Shown piece by piece: positions 1 through 14,544 of a DNA stretch of 64,000 bases. Below the pieces are notes generated by a model that searched no databases, was not told where the DNA came from, and saw only the letters and a list, made by a program, of their open reading frames with translations. Source of the DNA: Catajapyx aquilonaris (taxonomy: Eukaryota); NCBI GenBank assembly GCA_000934665.2, contig KZ538193.1, forward strand, positions 124,001-188,000, in the 5' to 3' direction. A program made the position numbers and the translations under genes. Each line of letters starts with the position of its first letter. Position 1 is the first letter of the stretch.

Positions 1-1948
1 CCGAATGTAAATATTAGCCCCTCGCAGGTGGAAAAGTTTTGGGACAAAAGGCTGTTCGTTCCTCATGCGCGAACAGGACTCTCCCGGTAGTTGGCAAGTA
101 GTTGCGGGACACTCCTTACTTCTCAAAAAAGAACTTCAAAGGTGAATGCCGATCTTGCACCTGCCGCCACTCTTTTGAAAAAAAGATGCGCGCATATTTA
201 TGGTTTGTCCTCTAAGAGGGCTTTTATAGGCTTCTAGCATCCAGCCCCGTTGATGAGATGTTTAACTGCTCGTAGCTTCTTCCATGCGCGACTATCCGCT
301 GACTAATTTTCCTCCCTCGTGCCATATTTCTCTCTCCAAATGAGTGTTATGTCAGGAACGACCGGGGTTGCACTTTTGTCATTTTAGGAAGCAGCAATAG
401 GGCCAATTCGTCACCCTGGACATATCCGGGTTTGACATACTGTCTGTTGAAAACTGGGCAGATTGGCCAGATTTTTTAGTATGTGTTACGCAACATTTGG
501 TGTTAGGAAATACCGTTTTTTTCTGAGCGTATTGGCAACGTTGGTCCAAAGTAGCGGCGTGCTTGCCTTCTTTAATGGCCCGCATGCTGTAGGAAACTCC
601 GCCGCTCCTTCGCTCGTACGTGCGAAGTAATGAAAAGGCTTTTTGACGCCTCAGATGTGTTCGAGCCTCCCTGGCAAGCTACAAAGTACATATCTCCACC
701 TACTCTCTCGGGTCACTAACCACCAGCTTCCCCCATTTTTTTTCTCTTCTGAACGCTCCTCTCCCTTTTCCTACTCAGGCATTTATTCATGCCGGATTGA
801 GCACTATTACTATTACTACATCGGAGTTGATTAAGGATACTGTCTTCCATTAAGGACATCAAGGGCAAAAGGAGGGGAAGAGTAATTAGGTGTTTGAAGA
901 CACACCTAATAAGGTGGCATGAATTTTTGAACATGCCATTAAAACTGGACTCTGGTCAGATAATTTAGCAGGGGGGGAAGTGGTAATTATTCCTTATCAC
1001 ATCCAACATTTTTACCATGGTTCAGGACAGACTGAGACGTGCGGATATATACACACACACCCCTGGATTGGAGGGAGGTTTTGTGTGGCCCAAGGTGTCC
1101 CAGCGGGCCCCCGACTTGATTATGCATTAATCAAGTACATCACAAACACATCTATGGCAAAATGGGCGTTTCGTGTAATCGCAGACTCTCGCAGGGTGGG
1201 TGGGTGGGGGTCGGGTGGTGTGGTTGGAGTTTTCGCTCGATATATCCGCCACGGTTTTGCAGCGCATGGGCGAACGCGTTTCTCAGCCGCCATTGGCCCG
1301 ATAGTCTCCCACTAGACTTGTTTATCATGTCAACCCCTCCTGCGCCTGATGGAAAACAAGCCGCCATGCTACTGCTGACTATACCTCTGCACAAATCCGG
1401 GATTGCTCAATTCCAAGCCTCATTACCTATGCATGGGATTATGTTATGCTGAACGCTTGTTATATTTATAGGCCATGGAAAAGAGCGTTACGATTGTAGT
1501 AATGCAACCGCATGAATGATGTATGCGAATTCTTTTTGGCGCGCAAAATTTTACTAGTGAGGGAGGGGGGTGGAGGAGAAGGATTTTCCGAAACCCTTTT
1601 CTGAACATGACTGCGGTTGGAAGGTGTTAATGATTCAAAGCCAGGCGTTAACCGTGAAAAGGTACATGGCTTGTAAATTTTTTGGGGTGTCGAACCCTAT
1701 GGGGTCAAACGCATAGGAGGGTGAAAATAATATTCGCCGATTGTCAAATAGCTTAGGAGGTTTATTAAAATTCACTGGTTGTCCAAATGGCTAGGAATAA
1801 GGGGAGTCATTAAAAATATAGTGAATCAAATAACATGAAGTGCAGACCATTGCTGATGCATCGAGTATAATTCCCACTGGTTAATTTTATTCAGTGAAAA
1901 ACTTCCACCGGATATCAAATCTCACTGAATGAAAGTAAAATAAAACAT

Positions 1949-2067
1949 TGGGTGGAATTTTCGTCCCGCACTGCTAGTTACTGCTAACTTAGTAGTGAAC
2001 CACACCTTACCAACATTGGTACTGGCAAGTTAGGTGTAAGTAGCAGTGCGAAGAAAATTACACCCAT
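1949..2067. repeat. Imperfect inverted repeat of about 40 bp, probable MITE relic
   Basis: tgggtggaattttcgtcccgcactgctagttac... / ...gtaagtagcagtgcgaagaaaattacaccca. Confidence 0.5.
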
Positions 2068-5000
2068 AATTTCCAATCAATTTTGGTAACTATTAGGGCC
2101 TATATCAGATTTTGGCTGAAACAAATTTTTAATATTCAATCACTGGAGCTACATTCGTGCTCCTAAGCTCCTAATTATCAAAATCATCGGTGATTTTTGG
2201 CAATTTGGTCGTCACTCAAATATACCGCCTTTTAATACCAGAATATCAAATTTGAAAACAATTGTGAGTTAGGATTACGCGAGGGTGTTTTAATTCGCCG
2301 TAATCCCCGTTTTAGACCATCTGTGGCTAGCCCGCATCATTTAATTGCCAATAAATACGGCGATGAATCCTAAGTAATGCTCTGTTATATTTGCACCTAT
2401 ATGAAATCCGGGTGCCAAATGGTGTCGGGGCGTGAAATGTGACACCGGAGCTATTTGGCCCCGGTTAGAGTTTGTGGAGAGGGGAGGGGGGTAAAGTCCG
2501 AGGTAAGTTGTCCGCATTAAGTCAAAGCATGATGGTCTTGCAAGGCCCGCGAGGGAGACGCGAACCGCTCCTCAGTCGCGGTATTGACTCTGTCCAACAT
2601 TATGACGGGCATAAACTGTTTAAGTTCACTGAGGAGCGTGCACTTTGGGGCCTTTTATGCCCATGTACGCAGGCAAATATGAGCCGAGTGGAGGCGGGGA
2701 GCTGGACCAAGAGTCCAGGACAATTTCCGCGACTCACTTTGGCTGAAGAGCCAGCATGGACATCTCATCACTCTTATGGCCAGGGTCGTCATGCCATCAG
2801 AAGGTCTTTCCTTCCATTTTCGAGCATCAATTTGCGCAAAGTTCACCTATATAGGTTCATAAGTTGCCTTTACTGTAAAATGTGTTTCAAACTTTTTTGA
2901 CTGCTGCGGCACACGTATAGGTTGGGGTTAAAAAATGGCCCTGTGAGCAAACAATTATTTGCCAGAAAGTTAGTCAGTAAAGGATTTTAAAGATTTTATG
3001 TCATAAACAAAGTGTCACTCAAAAAAATGGATGCGTTGTTAGTTAGTGTCAATTCAAACACAAAGATCACAAGTCAATTGAAGCAACTGCTCTCGAGTCG
3101 ATGAACTTAGGTGCTGTGTTTAAAAAGTTTTTACCAGCAGGATAGTGAGTAAGAAATTTTCCATGGCGAAACGTAATGTCAATTGCAGAGATTTGACTTC
3201 TTGCGTAATGTTACTAACTTTTACTACAGGATACTCAATGTTTGTCATGAGGATTGTTCATTATATGCCTAATAATTGCTTGGTGCTATTGTTTGCTCAT
3301 CATCTTGGGAAATTTAAATGCTTGTTTGCTCTTTTTAGCCTCGTTGAAAATCCTTTCACTTATTTGCCAATAAACCACACTAGAATAAGTCATAAGGCTG
3401 ATGAAGACGTAAGTTTGAAATAGAGAGTGGCAGGAATTGTACCAAATCACATTATTATAGACATGCTTCATGGTTCCGATTTGTCCGAGACGGCAAAATG
3501 AAGTTGACGTTGTCTCAGATAATTATAAACTCACCCATATGACGGAAATAATATTGAATGCCCTCTACAAAATGTTTCTCACTTTTCCAATTGCTGTAGT
3601 ATAGTGAAGACTGACATACACTGAACAGATCATGCGCGATTTAGTTAAGGATTTACAGAAACCCATTCAATTGCAATAGAGGATAATAATAATTATTGTT
3701 GCCTAAACCGCAGCGTAACGTAGGTATATCGTTAATACATTAAATTACGTAGTCGCAAACATGCAATTGCTCTGAATCACTCAAATGTGGTTTGATCTCA
3801 CAGCGGTAATAAATATGATTATGCACACTCATTAGGCAGTTAAAGAGGCCTACTTCACAGTGATCGTATTTGGACCTGCGCATGCATGAAGATCACAAGA
3901 AGGATAAGTCAAACGGCCTGACACAATATTACTAAGGCACTTGACATTGTTACTTTTTCTCATCTGCCTCTAGCATAGTATTATTCGTTGTACTGCTCTG
4001 CTCATCCTCATTAAGTTTTCCGCTATTTTTCATCGAACAGTGCACCTATACACAGATGTAAAAGATGAGCAGGATCTTTCCGAATGGAAGAAATACCATA
4101 TAATTATGTAATTTATACATTATTTCATAATTATACAGTAAAGGGTGTGATGGAATTAGTTGAATTGGTTACTCAGCATTTATACTGCTAAAGTAATCCT
4201 ATTAGTTTCTTAGGCTGAAAAGAGTATGGAAATGACAATGCATATACGAAAGTCGCATTCATGTATAAGATGGATATAGCATACTCCGAAGAGAAAAAGC
4301 AACAAAAGTTAATTTCATAGAATGTCTTCAGAACACTCCATATAATTATGTACACGATGTGAATGGCAACAAAATAATTGCGTAAATTTAGGAGTCCGTT
4401 TATCTCCAATCATATCTTAAAAACACGTGCAGAATAATCTTAGGAAATTACGATACGAGAAATTATTGATTCTTTCAACAGTCCCTTACTTCTGCACACA
4501 CCTAATCAGTGTATAGCATAGGCCTACTAGTAGTAGATGTTTTACCATAACCAATTCCTGCAAAGTGATGTGTTCGTGTTGTAGCTCATAGGAGCTGAAA
4601 TCACAATTGCAACAATACTTTTTTTAAACATTGAAACTAACAATAATTACAAGCTAATGTACCCAGGTTTCTGATCGGACTGGCTCACTCTATATATAAA
4701 GTGTAGGCCCCAGCATTCTCTCAATTCTTTCTCGCATCTCATTGATGGTGATTATTAAAATCAAAATACTATTGGAGTCTCACTATACAAGCTCTATTTC
4801 CTGCCAAAAAAAAGAGAGAGACGTGCTGGGGTCGCAAATGGCCAAGTGTGGTAGGACCTCCCCATTGTGCCGCGAGTATTCACGCATTCAGATGAGAAAT
4901 GACTGCTGGCTAGTTAGCCGTCCCCAGAAGTTGCGCCCATGAAGATAATTCTACTTGGTGTTGAGACGGGGGAGAAGGGTAGGGGGGAAGTGAAGCTGGG

Positions 5001-6316
5001 AAAATGGGGGGAGGAGAAGAGGGGGGGGGGGANGCGAAAGAGGAAGCAGCAGCAGCAGGAGGATCCTGCTGAGAGGGGGGGGGGGGAGGTGAGGGAAAAG
5101 GGAAGTTGCTGGGCCCAACCCCTAACTCATCAGAAATTAAATGCCTTTCCGCCTAAGGTGTTAATGCTCATGGATTATTTAGAGCCGGCGACAGGCGCAT
5201 CAGGAGGAGGGGAAATGGATAACTAGTGTACCGGGAGCCTCCTGGGACGCCATTATTCAGGCGAGTGACAACATGGCCGCCTCCTTCCTTGTTATGGGGG
5301 AGGGAGGGAGGAAGGAAGGAAGAAGGGATGGGAGGAGAAGGGGGGGGGGGGCGTCTGGTGTAATATATGATTCCTTTCTGCCTCTCGGAATTGCGGCTCT
5401 GGACTTTGGAGTTGTGCATTTCAGCCCTGTTCGCTTATTTGGGAAGGAAAGAAAAGGCGTGTGATAAGCCACCGTATACGAGTATACAGAAAGAAAAATA
5501 AATAAAACAAAATTTTCAGCACATTAATTAATAGCTACAGTTGTATAAGAAATATTAATGTGGGCCTCACATTTTTCACACACTCATGCTATAGCTGTCT
5601 TGATTGGCTTATTTAAATGGTTAAACTTAAAAAGTAAACGGAGATGCCAATGATGATACCTTACCTATAGTGTGCCTTCGCTTTCAAATCAATCAATATA
5701 GGCCTAATGCCAGGATTTGCGCCCCCTCGTTGCCTAATTAATACATGTGATCAGAGGGATTGCTGCAAGTCAACTAGAGTAGATGTGGGCGCCGATATTT
5801 TTAAAACCGGGACATGCGTGCTTACCAAATGACTAATGACTCCAAATTCGGAACGCTGGCCAAAATCCTGACCCGGATAAATTCTTTGGCAGTCCCCGGA
5901 ATGAAAAATGAATGTTCCCGGGCCCATAGTTTTGCCTATGCATGAGGCCTGAACTTTCCAAATATTTATCGGCCGATTATAATGAACCGCTGGGCTATCA
6001 TATTTATGGCCACTAATGCCCGGCAAAGCACGGGTTTTGAATACTGGTGCGATTAACCCACAATAAATCTGAACCCGCAACCAGGCCTACCGACACAAGT
6101 ACTTCATAACAAAAAAAAACCCAACAGGTAAACACCCCTCGGTATTGATATTTAACGACATGATGCGACGGAAAAATAGTCTATAAAATTCGGATACTGT
6201 GTTTCAATCGGTGCCAATGACACGCATATGTAATAACGGAGCCTTGCACATAAATTACGATGGAAAGAACGGGAAGGAGCAAATAATGCCAACAGAAATT
6301 TATTTATTTATTTATT

Positions 6317-6680
6317 TACCGTATTTGACACATTTAAGATCCACTTTTTCCGCAATAAATTGCTCGAAAAATCGCCGTGCGTCTACGTATGCGAAAATAC
6401 ACTTAAAATCTCGCTTAAAACGGGTTTTTCTGAATGTGATTTGCTGAAATGGGGATGCGTCTTATATATGCCTTCAATTACGGTATTTATTTCTTTATTT
6501 ACCGTATTCGAAGGCTTATAAGACTCACTTTTTCCTAGGTGCCTAAGAAATTGCTCAAAAAAATCGCGAAAAATATGCGAAAATACCCTTTAACCGGTTT
6601 TATTTTCTAAATATTTTCCCCGCAATATTTTTCTGAGCTGCTGAAATGGGGGTGCGTCTTATATGACGTCAAATACGGTA
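6317..6680. mobile_element. Two tandem related Tc1/pogo-type MITEs (6317-6485 and 6500-6680) in a (TTTA)n tract
   Basis: Each copy runs taccgta...tacggta. Both share the internal blocks aattgctc-aaaaatcgc, tatgcgaaaatac and gctgaaatgggg-tgcgtcttatat. Confidence 0.75.
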
Positions 6681-7028
6681 TTTATTTATTTACGATATCT
6701 CGTGACAAGGAGACAATTCCTTATCAAATAAGCATCTAAGACTAAAATTATCATTAGTTGCCACAATTGGCATTTAGCGCCTATTAGCTTCTAATTTCGG
6801 CATTAGTTACACCGCATCTTTAGCCGCGGCTGTACCTGCTAATGTACAGTTTAGCAATTTTATCCGGGCAGTAATAAGCCGGACCCCCACCCTGATGATG
6901 TCGATTTTTTTTTTTGGGAGGTGCACCCCCTGCCCCCCATGGGTCCAACCCTGCCATTAGTTTGGAGGGAGGGTAGGGGGGCGCAATAGCCACCGACGTT
7001 TGCCCCCCCCCCCCCCCCCCCCCCCCCC

Positions 7029-7259
7029 NNNNNNNNNNNNNNNNNNNNNNNNNNNNNNNNNNNNNNNNNNNNNNNNNNNNNNNNNNNNNNNNNNNNNNNN
7101 NNNNNNNNNNNNNNNNNNNNNNNNNNNNNNNNNNNNNNNNNNNNNNNNNNNNNNNNNNNNNNNNNNNNNNNNNNNNNNNNNNNNNNNNNNNNNNNNNNNN
7201 NNNNNNNNNNNNNNNNNNNNNNNNNNNNNNNNNNNNNNNNNNNNNNNNNNNNNNNNNNN
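7029..7259. other. Assembly gap flanked by poly-C
   Basis: Run of N bases. Confidence 1.
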
Positions 7260-10008
7260 CCCCCCCTTTTGCCATATACTCTCCCACCCAACCCCAGCAG
7301 ATCGTCGGCGTCGGAATAACACCCCGACGCCTCCCCAAAAACCTCCGCCCCTGTGATGACATACGGGGCATTGGAGGCCCCCGGCGCTTGTAATTGATCC
7401 TCTATCTAATTACGGGGGCCCCGCAGTCCCCGTTTGCAATATTGCCCTAGAGTGCCCTATAAATAATGCCAACATATTACAAGTTTGGACACAGGTATTA
7501 CGCCAACGCGAAGCTTTAGGGCCCAATATACCGCCGAGAAGCTTAGGGTCGAGCGGTTTCGCTGTAATTATATAGGTTGTAGCCCTGATCCGAAATTAAT
7601 GTTGACTGATGCGGGGCATCAGGGCGAGACTTGCCTCTTGATCGCTTCCTAGAAAAAGAGCGGAAGAGATATACACACACACACACACACAGAAGATGGG
7701 CAATCAGCTATTATGGTGAGCTCTTTAAAAAAAAGCAGGGTAAAAAAATGCGGTACATAAAGGTAGCTGAGGCGTCTCCTGGATCCATAACAATAGCGGC
7801 TGTAATGCTAATGTAGTGGATGGTCGTCTCAAGCGCTGCCTCCCCCACACTTATTGCTGTTCCCACAAGATTGCATCCTTTAATGCGTGTCTAAGCAGAC
7901 TTTTCGGGCCTCGTAAACTAAGGGGATAATAGTTTTTTCTCTCACGGTTTTTGCCATTACCGTCGGAGACACTAGATGCCGACGCCAACGACGCTCGGTT
8001 GAACGCCAACCATTTTTAACAGTCAGTTAAGAGCTAACTGGAAGTTAGCTGACAGTTAAGTTATAGAATTGGTTGAGAGGGGGGAAACCTGATTGATGGG
8101 ACCGGCACTAAATAACAGAGCAGGGACTGTGAAATGACGGGTTGACACGCTCGAAACGTGTGCACAACAGCGGTCGTGTCACGAGGCTTGTGGCAGAGAT
8201 CGACAGAATTACATGATGGCTGAAAGGGCCGTGAAATAACGCTCGTAAAACGTGAATTACCCACCTGCAGATCCGTCCGATTGATGTGTGACACCGTGGA
8301 CCATGTGCGAGATTTTTTTTTGCGACTTAAATCGGATGACGGCATGTTGTAATTGCGTTTTTCAACATATTTGGAGGCAAGCACTGTTTGTGGCGAATGT
8401 GATGATGGTCCTGAGAGGGTGTGGGGGAAAAGCAGCAGAAGGCAGCAGACTAACGAGCTCTGGGCTCAGAGACCCCAGCAGATCGCCTGGATTAGGATGG
8501 CAGACACTTGGCAAATGGCCCGGCTCTACTGGCTGATCAGTTGGATCGATCATGGACCATAGGAGAAAACAGCCAGGGAGAACCTCCGCCCAAAGAGAAG
8601 AGAAACCCAAGCACTCACACACACCAGCTAGGTTCAATTTCAACATTATGACTTCCCAATAAGAACGGTTTTATTGCCGTTGGGATGAAAGGAAATCTAA
8701 TCTTATGAGCACTTCAATGGAAGGTCTTCTACTGTACGATTTGATAGTGATTCAACCAGCCAGATGTGGAACTTAATTAAATATTTAACTCTATATATCA
8801 ATACTGCATAAGCAAATTGATGGCGGACATCACTGGTAGCGGTTAGTAGGCCGAGGCTGTTATTCTTTCCTTTTTTTTCCATTTGCTACCCGTGTTAACA
8901 CCATTAGACAAGATGTGCAACTCACTTATTTACCAACACATAATCAAGTTGCGGTAGATGCTGCAGCGGGCGATAATTGGAGAATAATGGCACGCTGCTG
9001 TTGAAAGTTGAGTTTAGCGAGGGCATGGCGAAAACCCCCCCCCACCCAGCAACACACCCCCCACCTCTGAAAGGCTGCTGAGGGATTTCTTAGAAGTGCA
9101 CATGCATATTAAAGGGGTGTTGGGAAAGCACTACATGTATATTTGAAGAATCAGCCATTGAAATATAAACTAGTTCAGCGGTCGGGGAGAGCAAGACTGT
9201 CCCTGCTATGTACATGTACAAGCCAGCCTATGTATACAACCCGTGTTTGTTTTTTTTTTTGCCAACATGCGCATCTCTTAATTTGCGGGCCAGTTTAATT
9301 TTGCATTGTCAGGGACCGGACTGAGCTTTGTCGTGTTTGTCATACTTTGTGGCCTTTTCATTTCGCCGCAGCTGCGAAACTGTTTCAGGGGACGAGGACC
9401 ATGCGGGGAGATGTCACAAAGCACACGACTGTCTAGTATCATATATGCATATTATAATGTACATTGTGTGGGGGAGGAGAATGCTGTTGCATGTCCGACG
9501 AATCTTTGCGGGATGTAAAAAATGCACTGTTGCTTGTAGGCCAGTGGGTTATATAATGAGAATAGCAAAAAAAAAACATTTTGTTAGTTCGAAAAACGGA
9601 CCATTTTGGTTGTAATTGTCATGAAGTATTGAGGGAATATGTGCGTTGATTTTTGGGTCTGCAGGTTTTCTTGTGCTGGTTGCAAAAGGGGAGAGACTGT
9701 GAGCTGCAGCCTTGAGTAGTTGTTCTGGAAAGCGACAAAATCAATATCTCCTAACACGATTCCCGAACTGGTGGAGTCAAACCCCCGCTTTTCTACAAGC
9801 TGGAAATAATAGCCTCCTTTCGAGATAGCAAAAAAACACAACCGCAATGTGCGAATTTCACACCGTCAGATACATACATACACATATACACTTCACCTCG
9901 CAGCAGGGAACAATCAGAGATGCATAATTCATCACCAGGCTGAATGTTTTGAAGGGTGTGAAAATATTCTCTCGTCGGCTGACATTCTTTTGCCATTTTG
10001 TATCGCAG

Positions 10009-10198
10009 GTGTGGTTCCAGAACCGGAGGGCCAAGTGGAAGAAGCGCAAGAAGACCACGAATGTTTTCCGTACGGCCAGCGGCGCCTTGGCCCTTCCGTC
10101 GCATGGTCTGCCGCCCTTCGGCGCCATGTCCGACGGGCTCTGCTCCTCGGGCGTCTTCGGCGCCGACACACGCTGGGGCGTCGCCGGAATGAGTCCAG
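10009..10198 (+). CDS. otp: orthopedia homeobox gene, exon with homeodomain helix 3 (upstream exons not found in the window)
   Basis: Acceptor tcgcag|GTG at the classic PRD-class intron position. Translates to [38 protein letters not shown]..., the Otp-specific sequence after the homeodomain. Donor G|gtacgt, phase 1. Confidence 0.93.
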
Positions 10199-10509
10199 GT
10201 ACGTGACAAACTGTGACGCAATACGTCTGTGTCCTTGGTGGTGGTGGTGCTACCCGGAAATGCGGCCCAGAATAAACGAAGCCGTGACGTCATTTTGACG
10301 CACCTTCTGTTACTCCTTACAGTTATACATATATGCAACAGTGTTTGAACTGTGTTTCAAAATGTTAAACTCTGGATAAAATTTGAAGGGGGTAGACAGC
10401 AAAATATTTTTATACAATCTCGCAACATTTTACTATGAAAGAGGAAGTCAGCGATCAGTATAGGAAAATGCAAGCAAATTCGAAATTAAGTCAAATCCTG
10501 TGCTTGAAA

Positions 10510-10776
10510 TACACTGTACTCCCGATTATCCGGGCTAATGAATTCACGGATGTCGCCGGATAATCCTCAAATGGTCCTAGATACAGTAATAATGAGCTGT
10601 TCACAGGGTTTTAATGGTTTTAATGTACTGCTAAATTATAGGTTTAATAAAAATATGAAAACTCACCATAGATTTTTCGTCTGTCTTGGATTGACATTTT
10701 TCGGACTTTAATTTTGAATTTGAATTTTTAACGATGCAAGGATAATTTGCACCCGGATAATAGGGAGTACAGTGTA
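10510..10776. mobile_element. Tc1/mariner/pogo-type MITE in an otp intron
   Basis: 25-bp inverted ends tacactgtactcccgattatccggg / cccggataatagggagtacagtgta (1 mismatch, TA included). Confidence 0.8.
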
Positions 10777-11266
10777 AGTTAAATAATCAAATTATAACAC
10801 ACAAAACATGACATGTGGCTGCATTGAAAGAAATATATAAATAATGTTTAAAAATATCGAATTCATAAATTGATTTGTTAGTTTTTATTGTATTCTGGAT
10901 ACAGAAAAGTAGCTTCAACGAATTGCGTGAATGAATTGCTCGAAAACACAATTAATTAGGTTAAATTCGAGAGAGCGAGAAGCTGATTACCTGCATTGCA
11001 TCGTTGCTGAGCTGCATGTTTCCATCGATTATTATCGTGAAACGTGGCAGAAGTGGAGATTATTTTTTTTTTGCTCGACTACCCCCTTCATTTTTCTGAA
11101 ATTAGGGACAAGTCTGGCCGTAAATGAAATATTGAAACATTGAAATTAAGAGCATATTGTACAGTATCAGAGCCCATCAATTTTTGCCAGCATTTCATTC
11201 TGACTGCTTGTTTGATAAACAAATAACACCGCGGAAAGCTTTGATAAAAGACAGCATACACGCATC

Positions 11267-11335
11267 TACAGGGTGTCCCACAAGTCTGGAATTATAGGCA
11301 ACTCCTATGATTCCAGACTTTTGGGACACCCTGTA
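11267..11335. mobile_element. Miniature palindromic Tc1-like MITE
   Basis: ta-cagggtgtcccacaagtctggaat...attccagacttttgggacaccctg-ta, with CAGGGTGTCC termini and TA flanks. Confidence 0.75.
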
Positions 11336-11561
11336 GATACATATCACATTGAGCTCCTTTACGCTGAAATTGATGCAATGAGTCCAGATAATTATTTATA
11401 CTGTACATATTTAGTGAGCCGCTTTGTTTCCATTTTCCTGAGCTTATCCTTGCAATACCGCAACCCAAGGGCCACCCTTGCATTGCTGACCTGACTAACT
11501 AGCAGGATAAAAATTTTAACAAACTTCCCAAATATTTTTCTCTCCGTGTTTCTCCTCGCAG

Positions 11562-11864
11562 GTTTGAGCCAACTGGGCCAGCCCGGCGTGACGATGGGCG
11601 GTTTCGGTCAGTCCCTGGGCCAGCTGAACCAGACGACGTCCCCCTTGAGCTCCGGTCTGAACTCGGGGCTGCCCATAGGTTCAGCCATGACCTCCAACGG
11701 TTCCTCCGTGTACCAGCCCCACTACGGCCTTAACTCCTTGGGCACACCCGCGCCAAGACACCCCTTCGCGCAGCTCGAGGCCAACTTCGTGGGTCTCAGC
11801 GTGGAGAAGGAGAAGGGTGGGGGGTGGGCAGGCGGGGGGCAGGACTACCTGGCCTCCCAGGGAG
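11562..11864 (+). CDS. otp: orthopedia internal exon
   Basis: Acceptor tctcctcgcag|GT and donor G|gtacgt, both phase 1 and compatible with the flanking exons. Open Gly/Ser/Gln-rich frame LSQLGQPGVTMGGFGQSLGQLNQ...YQPHYGLNSLG. Confidence 0.82.
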
Positions 11865-14344
11865 GTACGTGTGCTTCTTTTTAAGACCAAAATTATAAAT
11901 CGACAAAACAAAAACCGACAAAACATCACCACATCCGCATCGATAACCCGCCATCGATAATAATTGACACACTTCCTCTTCACTGACAAGTGACAGCCAC
12001 TGAAACATAACCGTTGTTGCTACTACAGGCTATGTTGCATTGAACAGTGCTGGACAGGTGTCGTACTTGTGGCACCACGATCCGTTGGCCGCGAAAGAGC
12101 GAATCGAAATTTGCTCACCTTGTGCCACCTTAATTTGATTGTGATCATGTGAAGGTGGCCATATTAAGAAGAAGAACTTTCGTTTCGCTCTTTCGCCGCC
12201 ATCAACTAGTGGCGCCACAAGTACGACACCATTAACTGAACAATTACTGAACACAGGAATTAGCTCGATTGTATATCAACGCAAATTTGTTATTGCGCTT
12301 GAGGAATATTGCAGATTTTTAGGGTGGATTTTATTTTGAACGAATTGCTGACACGTGGTCGTACCCTTTTAAGTCCCTGCCACATCCGGATGGATTAAGG
12401 TCAGGGTTGCAATTCCTGTCAGAAATGCCCGATTAATCTGATGGCGGGTAACTGTTGAAGTAATAGCCGGTCAGGTCCCAAGAGCTGCGTCCGGGAATCC
12501 CAAGCCCCACCTCCCCATCTAAACGAAACGTGAGCAGAGGCTTCCACAGCCGAAATGATTGGAGCCGCAGGTCGTATTGATTACAACCGCTAAAGAGCTG
12601 CTTAAAAACAGCCATACATTCAAAGAAAAAAAGCGAACAAAAAATTGTAATAAATATAACCAAACGTACGGAAATGTTGAAAGTGGCTTTTTACCTACAC
12701 AAATCCTCCCCCTTCTATCTTTCCTTTCTGTCGGTTTTTTGGGTCCCCATTTTCCTCCCGACTCCTCCGACAGTGCTGGATCGAGGACGATCAATGGAGT
12801 GAGAGAATCCTCTGACGGAGGAAATTTTCAGTGGGGGAAGCACGTTCATGCGCTTCATCTTTTTGGACACTAGCTGAGCTCCTAATTCGTTTGATCTGCT
12901 GGGACAGTGGAGACATACCCCAAACGCCCCCCCCCCCTTTTTGTCAAACTCTATACCATTTTTTGGACCTGGACATTGTTGCTTTTTCAACCTCCCATCC
13001 TTACATTTCTAATGCACTGTGGAGGGAAACCTGGAAAATTGACTTTTTTCATGTTTCCCTCAGCAGCCAAAAAAGCCTGGGAGTTCCAAGAAATATAATC
13101 ATACAGAATGTTCGCAACCCATCACTGTCAGAAACTCACCGCTGAAAGCTAACGCGGCCATCAGAAAGAGAAAAAAAAAAACAGTTCACGGTCAAGTCCA
13201 CGCCCTCCAACGTGAACGCAGGGTGTTACTTTGTTAGCTATTGGGCATTGTTTCATGAAATCCCTTGGGATATCATTAATCTAAGTTTATACACACTTTC
13301 TGCAGTCATAATATTGGTTAAATTCCATCATGTGTGGTGTGCAGTGCGCCTAAATGTATAAAGGGGGTTAAATGGCAAAATCTTGGTTCATGTTTCGTAT
13401 CATTGAGGGAATTAGTAAGGACTGAAAAAAATATTTTAATTGCACAAAAACCCAATGTTTCATGAAATCCATGCACAAACAGGTTTACATAATTTTTCCC
13501 ATCTGGACACATTTTGTGCCATTCAAATGTGGAAAACCCATACATGCCAATTAATTACAAAATCCTCGTCGAATATGTAAGTCAATTGAAGCTGATTGTA
13601 ATTAAGATTCATTAATCAAGGAGGCTCCGCATGACACACCTTATTTTTATACTGTATAGTTATTCCATACAATCCTGTATAATATGTCGGAATGTGAGGT
13701 ATAGCTTGTGGTCCTTTTTAGCCATTTATTTTGCAAACTCTTCGGGGACACCACCAACAGGATGGATTCTGCCAAGACCGACGTAACAACAGATTGTTGC
13801 TGCAATCATAGATGAAATAGCTCGTTCCAGATACTTTACTATGTCAGCAGTGAAATTTCGGTAATAGTTTTGCTCCTTTTGAATATTGTGTTACATACAC
13901 CAATCTGGAACTAACGATTGCATGATTTGATTCAGTTTGAAAAAAATGTTTGTCGAATATTTTGGCTGCCTTGAGGCTCCCTAGTGCATGCAACCGAGAT
14001 TGTAAGCAAAATCCATCAGTGGAGGTGGCCTTTTTATGTCCCCCACCATGAGATCAAAAAAAAAAGTTGTCACATTTTATATTACATATATTTTTTGTTT
14101 CTTCCCACCACCGCAGTTCCGGATGGAGATGGCCAGGTTCGCTTTCAGTGGTGACTGTTGGAGTAGGGGAGGTGGTGTGGGGGCGATGTAACTTAAGTAT
14201 TTAAAAAACAAAAACAATACACATGTAGTGCTGTGTTTTGTGAGACCACAGACTGTGCTCAGATGTTGTGATTGAGATTGTCTTCTCATCCAAATGAAAA
14301 TGCATCATCGCGACTGACTGGCTGCTGCTTCTATTACACCGTAG

Positions 14345-14544
14345 GCACCGCGTTGTCCTCTAGTACCACCAGTCTGAGTTCGCCCCCGCCTCCTAACAGC
14401 GGCTCCTCCTCTCCTCCCCAGATCCAGTGTTCTATGGGCATGACGGGGGTGACGCAATCAACTGAGGAGGACATGTGGCGCGGGAACAGTATCGCGTCGC
14501 TGCGTAGAAAGGCCATTGAGCATAGCATGTCCGTCTTCATATAG
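14345..14544 (+). CDS. otp: orthopedia last coding exon with OAR motif
   Basis: Acceptor ccgtag|GC (phase 1). Ends EEDMWRGNSIASLRRKAIEHSMSVFI*; SIASLRRKAxEH is the OAR motif and the preceding WRG is typical of Otp. Candidate AATAAA near 15486. Confidence 0.92.

Noticed and set aside
4960..5360. G-rich tracts as G-quadruplex or enhancer elements in the otp intron
   Set aside because: Low-complexity purine runs with an ambiguous base and no independent support.
6820..7371. Gly/Pro-rich ORFs
   Set aside because: Artefacts of the N gap and flanking poly-C.
1..10008. Upstream otp exon carrying homeodomain helices 1-2
   Set aside because: No KRHRTRFT...ESRVQ coding stretch was seen; it probably lies before the window. 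I cannot inspect the gap.
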